A stretch of DNA of 26,457 nt, from positions 1 to 26,457 of the forward strand of contig JBEKHC010000074.1 in NCBI GenBank assembly GCA_050012475.1. Reading direction: 5' to 3'. The notes under the pieces are model-generated. The model had not been told where the DNA came from. It did no database searches and saw nothing but the letters and a program-made list of their open reading frames with translations. The DNA comes from Candidatus Velthaea sp. (lineage in GTDB: Bacteria > Vulcanimicrobiota > Vulcanimicrobiia > Vulcanimicrobiales > Vulcanimicrobiaceae). This document shows, in pieces, positions 21,332-26,457 of this stretch. The position numbers were made by a program, and so were the translations under genes. Position 1 is the first letter of the stretch, and every line of letters begins with the position of its first letter.

Positions 21332-21637
21332 GTGACCCCCAAAACGCTCACGATCGAAGTGACCCGCGAGCGCGCGCAGCCGATGCCGCTGTATCACACG
21401 ATCGTGCACAACTGCAGCTGCCATTCGTTCGACGACGTGATCTTCGGGTTGATGCGGATCGTCGGGACGGGGATGCGTGATGCCGAGCTCAAGGCCAAAG
21501 AGGTCGACTTTTTCGGCAGCGGCATCGTTGCGACGACCAATTTGGAGAGCGCCGAGATGTACGCGGCGCGGCTGAGCGCGGAAGTCATCAGCGCCAGCGG
21601 GACCCGGCTGCGGACCTCGATTCGCCCGGCGGCATAG
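21332..21637 (+). CDS. clpS: Atypical ClpS-family N-degron adaptor protein
   Basis: PLYHTIVHNCSCHSFDDVIFGL....A...AKEVDFFG..IVA....E.AE matches the ClpS pattern (Y.V.L.ND..T...V...L; A....VH..G). Start is GTG 21332 or 21287. Confidence 0.7.
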   Translation: MTPKTLTIEVTRERAQPMPLYHTIVHNCSCHSFDDVIFGLMRIVGTGMRDAELKAKEVDFFGSGIVATTNLESAEMYAARLSAEVISASGTRLRTSIRPAA

Positions 21638-21716
21638 CCGAGGAAATTCAGGCTTTTTCGGCAATCGAACCGACATCGTGCGGCGGCAGATTGCCGGCTC
21701 GCAGGAGGGGGCGCAT

Positions 21717-23108
21717 ATCGGTACGGTAATCCGCGGTGGGACGGTCGTGACCGCCACCGACGTCACGCACGCCGACGTCTTGATGGAGGGCGGCCGGATC
21801 ACCGCGCTGGGCAGTTCGCTCGACGCTGGGCCGCACGCGACGGTCGACGCGTCCGGCTGCTACGTGTTTCCCGGCGGCATCGATCCGCACACGCATCTTG
21901 ACATGCCCTTCGGCGGCACCGTGACGGCCGACGATTTCGCGACCGGGACGGTTGCCGCGGCGTTGGGCGGCACGACCTCGATCGTTGATTTCGCGCTGCA
22001 CACCAAGGGCGATTCGCTGGCCAACGCGCTCGCGACGTGGAAGAAGAAGGCCGCCGGAAAGGCAGCGATCGACTACGCCTTCCATCTTACCATCGCCGAC
22101 GGGCGCGACGAGACGATTAACGAGATCCAAACGATGATCGAACGCGAGGGCGTCAACTCGTTCAAGGTCTTCATGGCCTACAAACACATCCTCCAAGTCG
22201 ACGACGAGACGATCTTCCGGGTCATGCAGGCGACGAAGCGCTTCGGTGGCCTCGTCCAAGTGCATGCTGAAAACGGGGACGTCATCGAGGTGACGACCAA
22301 GGACGCGCTGGCCGAAGGACACACCGAACCCAAGTGGCATGCGCTGACGCGCCCGGTCGAACTCGAGGGCGAGGCGACAAATCGCGCGATCCGATTGGCC
22401 GAAGTCGCCGGTGCACCGCTCTATGTGGTGCACGTCTCGAGCGCGATGGCCGCGGATATGATCAGCGACGGCCGCAAGCGCGGCTTGGCCATCTACGGCG
22501 AAACTTGTCCGCAATATTTGGTCTGCTCGGAGGACGACTACGATCGGCCCGATTTCGCCGGCGCGAATTACGTGATGTCGCCGCCGCTGCGTCCCAAATG
22601 GAACCAGAACGTGCTGCTGCGCAAGCTCAAGAATTTCGAGCTGCAGACGTTCGGCTCCGATCACTGCTCGTTCAACAACTGCGGGCAGAAAGAACTGGGC
22701 AAGAGCGATTTCTCCAAAATCCCCAACGGCGCGCCGACCATCGAAGACCGCTTCGCGATTCTCTGGCACTTCGGCTACAACGCGGGCGTCATCGGTCTCA
22801 ACCACTTCGTTTCGCTGGCCTCGACCAATGCGGCAAAACTATTCGGACTGTTTCCGCGCAAGGGCACGATTGCCATCGGCTCGGACGCCGATGTCGTGAT
22901 TTGGGATCCGGCCGTGGAGCGCACCATCTCGGCAGCGAGCCATCATATGAACGTCGACAACAACATCTTTGAGGGATTCCACGTGAAGGGTAAGGCACGG
23001 CACGTCTTTTCGCGCGGCCGCGCGATCGTCGATGACGGGCGTTACGTCGGCGAAGCCGGCGCGGGCGCGTTCGTCAAATCCGATCCGTTCTTTCCGGTCG
23101 CGCTATGA
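21717..23108 (+). CDS. hydA: Dihydropyrimidinase (D-hydantoinase)
   Basis: PGGIDPHTHLDMPF, GGTT.IVDF, SFKVFMAYK (carbamylated Lys), VHAENG, YVVHVS, GETCPQYL, MSPPLR, SDHC.F and KIPNG. A strong AGGAGG SD precedes ATC 21717; GTG 21678 is the alternative start. Confidence 0.95.
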   Translation: MGTVIRGGTVVTATDVTHADVLMEGGRITALGSSLDAGPHATVDASGCYVFPGGIDPHTHLDMPFGGTVTADDFATGTVAAALGGTTSIVDFALHTKGDSLANALATWKKKAAGKAAIDYAFHLTIADGRDETINEIQTMIEREGVNSFKVFMAYKHILQVDDETIFRVMQATKRFGGLVQVHAENGDVIEVTTKDALAEGHTEPKWHALTRPVELEGEATNRAIRLAEVAGAPLYVVHVSSAMAADMISDGRKRGLAIYGETCPQYLVCSEDDYDRPDFAGANYVMSPPLRPKWNQNVLLRKLKNFELQTFGSDHCSFNNCGQKELGKSDFSKIPNGAPTIEDRFAILWHFGYNAGVIGLNHFVSLASTNAAKLFGLFPRKGTIAIGSDADVVIWDPAVERTISAASHHMNVDNNIFEGFHVKGKARHVFSRGRAIVDDGRYVGEAGAGAFVKSDPFFPVAL

Positions 23109-23998
23109 CGCAGCCCGCAGAGCGCGTCGCCATCGGCCTCATTCAGACGCATCACGAAACCGACGGCTCGGAGCCGGTCGAAGTTCACAAAAGCCGGTCG
23201 ATCGAAAAACACGTCAAGTTGATTCGCGAAGCGGCGGCGCGCGGCGCGAAAATCGTCTGCTTGCAAGAGCTCTTCTACGGTCCATACTTCCCGACCGAAC
23301 AAACGCCGAAGTGGTACGCGGCCACCGAGCACATTCCCGACGGTCCGACGATTCGTTTGATGCGCGATCTCGCGCGCGAACTGGGGATCGTGCTGATCGT
23401 GCCGATTTACGAAGTCACCATCGCCGGCGTCTATTACAATGCCGCAGCGGTGATCGACGCGGACGGAACGTATCTGGGCCGCTATCGCAAGCATCACATC
23501 CCGCAGGTGGCCGCCGGCCCGCAAGGCTGCGGCTTTTGGGAGAAATTCTATTTCAAGCCGGGCAACAGCGGCTATCCGGTGTTTACCACACGCTACGCGC
23601 AAGTCGGCGTCTACATCTGTTACGATCGCCATTTCCCCGAAGGCGCGCGGATGCTGGGGCTTGCCGGGGCGGAGATCGTCTTCAATCCGTCGGCGACCGT
23701 CGCCGGCCTGTCGGAATATCTTTGGAAGCTCGAGCAGCCGGCGCACGCCGTGGCAAACGGCTATTACGTCGGTGCGATCAACCGCGTCGGGATCGAGTCG
23801 CCTTGGAACATGGGCGAGTTTTACGGCCAGTCGTATCTGGTCGATCCGCGCGGGCAGTTCGTTGCCATCGGCAGCCGCGATCGCGACGAAGTCGTGATCG
23901 GCGAGATGGACCGCTCGCTCATCACCGAGGTGCGCAACACCTGGCAATTCTATCGCGACCGCCGGCCCGAAACATACGGCGCGATGGTGGAGGTTTAA
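23105..23998 (+). CDS. Nitrilase-family beta-ureidopropionase (N-carbamoyl-beta-alanine amidohydrolase)
   Basis: Glu-Lys-Cys triad motifs LQELF, YRKHHIP and ICYDRHFPEGAR; FWEKFYF.PG and WQFYRDRRPE.Y; ATGA coupling to hydA. Confidence 0.9.
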   Translation: MTQPAERVAIGLIQTHHETDGSEPVEVHKSRSIEKHVKLIREAAARGAKIVCLQELFYGPYFPTEQTPKWYAATEHIPDGPTIRLMRDLARELGIVLIVPIYEVTIAGVYYNAAAVIDADGTYLGRYRKHHIPQVAAGPQGCGFWEKFYFKPGNSGYPVFTTRYAQVGVYICYDRHFPEGARMLGLAGAEIVFNPSATVAGLSEYLWKLEQPAHAVANGYYVGAINRVGIESPWNMGEFYGQSYLVDPRGQFVAIGSRDRDEVVIGEMDRSLITEVRNTWQFYRDRRPETYGAMVEV

Positions 23999-24017
23999 AT
24001 CGGGATTCGCCCTGCAC

Positions 24018-24512
24018 CTATCTGCTGAACAACATTGAAAGTTTTGAGGTCAGGAGCTTCCACGCAAATCCGGCGGGGTACATCACGGAACTTTGAATAT
24101 CCGTCGGGATCCTGGCATTCTCGGGCTTGAATTTCGTGCAGATGCGCCATTGCAAGGGAGGCGTGTCGCCCGCAAATCGCGCTCGATACACGGGTACCCA
24201 GTGCCTGGCATCGTCGAATCGCATCACCATGGCCGAATTGCAGCAGGTAGCGACAACTCGGCTCGTAGCCGATTTCTCCTCGATCTTATAGCCTTTTAGA
24301 AGCTCGGCACCCTTTGCGTATTGTATGCGATCTTTGCGATAGAGAACATAGGCGGTTCCCCCATCTGGACCGAGAATTGGAATAGCCTTCGGCAACGCGT
24401 CGATCTGGCGAGAGCCTTGTTGGCAAGAGTCGCAATAGCAGACGACGCTCATTATAGGGGCACCGAAAGCTTCGATTTCTACGCTTCCGCACGAACAACG
24501 AGCGGTTCGCAT
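24018..24512 (-). CDS. GFA/Mss4-like (DUF6151-type) Zn-binding protein
   Basis: ARCSCG.V, VCYCDSCQ and RVVATCCNS. Start is ATG 24512 or 24554; the gene looks more AT-rich than its neighbours. Confidence 0.7.
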   Translation of the reverse strand: MRTARCSCGSVEIEAFGAPIMSVVCYCDSCQQGSRQIDALPKAIPILGPDGGTAYVLYRKDRIQYAKGAELLKGYKIEEKSATSRVVATCCNSAMVMRFDDARHWVPVYRARFAGDTPPLQWRICTKFKPENARIPTDIQSSVMYPAGFAWKLLTSKLSMLFSR

Positions 24513-24792
24513 GTCGCCAGCGTTCGAGGCTGCATTGAATCCGGGATTCCCCATATGGCATGCGTGTTCGATCCGAAGTCGACGGTCTCCGTCGTTTCGG
24601 GGTCGTCGGGGCCCGTACGGTAGCGGTTCAGTAGTCGGCGGTTGAATCGTTGCGCGGTCACCGAGGTGTTCGTGGTGCCGTAGCCATCGCCGACGCGCGT
24701 CGTCCGGAACGCGCTGACCCGAGCCAAGCCGCCGCGAGAGCCGCACTCGGTTCCGCCGCCCGACTCCGACTTGTCGTAACGCGACTGTGAAA

Positions 24793-24822
24793 TTGACCGT
24801 GTGCTGCGGCTCCGCTTACGCT
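24793..24822 (+). promoter_or_regulatory. Putative sigma70-type promoter for the RiPP precursor
   Basis: TTGACC (24793-24798), 18-nt spacer, TACGCT (24817-24822), about 85 nt upstream of the precursor ATG. Confidence 0.4.
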
Positions 24823-24905
24823 TGGAACCGCGAGGGAACCCGCGCATTTCACCCCGAGGTGAGCTCGAGCCGGCCGGCTCGCCGCACCCGACAAGAGAGT
24901 CCACG

Positions 24906-25043
24906 ATGAACGAAGTTCACGAAGTCGTCAGTCTCAATGACGACGACTTAGACATCAGCGAGCTCGAGCAGCGTCTCGAGATGACGGCCGCAGGAGCACA
25001 ATTGGATCCGTGCGTCGTCATGGTGGTGTGGCACTGGAAATAA
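24906..25043 (+). CDS. Putative RiPP precursor peptide, 45 aa: MNEVHEVVSLNDDDLDISELEQRLEMTAAGAQLDPCVVMVVWHWK
   Basis: ATG 24906 with purine-rich AAGAGAG upstream; acidic helical leader, small-residue linker (TAAGA) and hydrophobic Cys/Trp/His core; directly upstream of a radical SAM/SPASM gene. Confidence 0.8.
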   Translation: MNEVHEVVSLNDDDLDISELEQRLEMTAAGAQLDPCVVMVVWHWK

Positions 25044-25109
25044 TCCAGCAATAGCTACCGACCAGAAAAACCAACCGAGCAACAACCGCACGTCGCTGAC
25101 GATGCAGCT

Positions 25110-25145
25110 GGCGGCGAGCGTTTCGTGCGCTCTCCGCCTTCCTTT
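25110..25145 (+). terminator. Stem-loop with pyrimidine tail between precursor and maturase (weak terminator or mRNA stabiliser)
   Basis: ggcgg-c-gagcg tttcgtg cgctc-t-ccgcc followed by ttccttt. Confidence 0.5.
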
Positions 25146-25176
25146 CCCGCTTATTCGCGATTTGGAGATTACTGCC

Positions 25177-26457
25177 GTGTCCATTACCGAAGACGCCGAG
25201 ACCGCAAACGCCGTCGCAAGCTTCCGAACGAGCAGCTACACGATCTATGTCGATTTGCCCGACGATCGTCAGAATAGCCTGCTCGTGCACGGCTACTCCG
25301 GCGCTTTCGATTTGGTGAGCCGCCGCGTCGTCGCCTACTTGCGCGAACGCGAGCAGACCAAATCGCCCAAGCCCCTCTATGGCGAATGGTCTGATGACCC
25401 GCCGGTCGATCGTGCTGACCGATGGGTGCCAAGTGCCGCGACGCTCGCGCTGCTGCAACGCCGCGGGTATCTTACGGGCATGACGGTCGACGAGGAAGCG
25501 GAGTTTTTCGCCGCCCAGGCCGGAACGCTGCATGCAGCCTCGCGCGCGCGGATGCCGATGTACGTCGTGATGCCGACCTACGACTGCAATCTGCGCTGCG
25601 GCTATTGTTTTCAGGATCATATGCGAACCGATGCTGCGCTCGCGCATCTCTTGCGGCCGATGTCGACGGCGATCGCCGATCGCATCATCGCTGCGCTCCC
25701 TCAATTCGAGCTGCGACACGGCATCGGACCGCACAACGTTTCGAGCCGCCCGTTCATGTTTTTCGGCGGTGAGCCGCTGCTGGCGCAATCGCTTTCGATC
25801 GTCGAGTATTTTATCGACAAGGCGCGGGCGGCCGGCCCGGCGACGTTCGCGGCGGTGACCAACGGGACGGAGCTCCACGTATTTGAACACTTGCTGGGAC
25901 CGGGCAAGATCGACGGGCTGCAAATTACCCTGGACGGTCCGCCTTCGCGTCACGACAGCCGGCGCATCCACGCCGACGGATCGGGCTCCTTCGAGGCGAT
26001 CGCGCGCAATGTCAGCCTGGCGCTCGAACGCGGCGTGCGGGTGAACATTCGCAGCAACGTGGATCGCACCAACATCGGCGATCTCCCTGAGCTCGCGACC
26101 GAATTTGACCAGCGCGGATGGACCGCGTTCCCGAACTTCTCGAGTTACGTCGAGCCGGTGATGGACACGGCGTTCGGCACGCCGGGACGGCGTTCGCAGC
26201 TCTTCAACAGTTTCGAGCTCAACGCGGAGATCGGGCAGCTGAGGGAACGCTTCCCGGCGATGGCGGCGGTGGGGACGCGCGACGACGCGCTCACCCAACG
26301 CGCGCGGCGAATTTTCGCCCGCGACGGCGAGACGACGATGGACATGCGGGCGAGCTTTTGCGGCGCGCACTCGGGGATGTACATTCTCGATGCCTTCGGC
26401 GACGTGTATGCGTGCTGGGAGCGCACAGGCGACAAGAACATCCGGATCGGTTGGATC
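25177..26457 (+). CDS. Radical SAM/SPASM peptide maturase with probable N-terminal RRE (3' end beyond the window)
   Basis: Translated by hand because it is absent from the ORF track: GGAG SD, GTG 25177, open for 427 codons to the window end. Motifs PTYDCNLRCGYCFQ (CxxxCxxC, 25585-25608), FFGGEPLL, VTNG, QITLDGP..HD.RR and SPASM start FCGAHSGMYILDAFGDVYACWE (C-x12-G-x4-C). The ~120-aa N-terminal domain includes LALLQRRGYL. Confidence 0.93.
   Translation, partial: MSITEDAETANAVASFRTSSYTIYVDLPDDRQNSLLVHGYSGAFDLVSRRVVAYLREREQTKSPKPLYGEWSDDPPVDRADRWVPSAATLALLQRRGYLTGMTVDEEAEFFAAQAGTLHAASRARMPMYVVMPTYDCNLRCGYCFQDHMRTDAALAHLLRPMSTAIADRIIAALPQFELRHGIGPHNVSSRPFMFFGGEPLLAQSLSIVEYFIDKARAAGPATFAAVTNGTELHVFEHLLGPGKIDGLQITLDGPPSRHDSRRIHADGSGSFEAIARNVSLALERGVRVNIRSNVDRTNIGDLPELATEFDQRGWTAFPNFSSYVEPVMDTAFGTPGRRSQLFNSFELNAEIGQLRERFPAMAAVGTRDDALTQRARRIFARDGETTMDMRASFCGAHSGMYILDAFGDVYACWERTGDKNIRIGWI

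Noticed and set aside
24018..24512. GFA-like gene as part of the RiPP cluster
   Set aside because: It is divergently oriented, belongs to a widespread family and has different composition. No evidence of a functional link.
24801..24905. 35-aa N-terminal extension of the precursor ORF (80-aa version)
   Set aside because: The upstream GTG lies inside the putative promoter spacer with no SD. ATG 24906 has a purine-rich SD-like sequence and gives a typical leader.
25018..26370. 450-aa minus-strand ORF, the longest track ORF in this region
   Set aside because: It is the antisense shadow of the plus-strand radical SAM gene, which the track missed because that gene has no stop inside the window.

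Overview
GC-rich bacterial genomic window, with no rRNA, tRNA, CRISPR array or transposase recognised. About 24 kb forms a nucleobase-catabolism supercluster. The purine arm has an adenine/adenosine deaminase, an 8-oxoguanine-deaminase-like amidohydrolase, a two-gene xanthine-dehydrogenase-family molybdoenzyme, puuD-uraH-uraD, PuuE allantoinase and an M20 allantoate-amidohydrolase-like enzyme. The reductive pyrimidine arm has preT, preA, hydA and a nitrilase-type beta-ureidopropionase. Interspersed genes encode a GGCT-like protein, DUF2231, an M13 peptidase, an enoyl-CoA hydratase, GlcG/HbpS, a SHOCT protein, a LarA-like protein, a UDG-fold protein, an atypical ClpS and a GFA-like protein. The most notable element is at the right end and is not called correctly by the ORF track. 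A 45-aa RiPP-precursor-like peptide (24906-25043; acidic leader ...LDISELEQRLEM..., core ...DPCVVMVVWHWK) is followed by a stem-loop and a radical SAM/SPASM enzyme with a probable RRE (25177 to beyond 26457), so this is the start of a candidate uncharacterised RiPP cluster. Two amidohydrolase genes also appear to start at ATC codons. All family calls come from motif recognition by eye; no searches were run.
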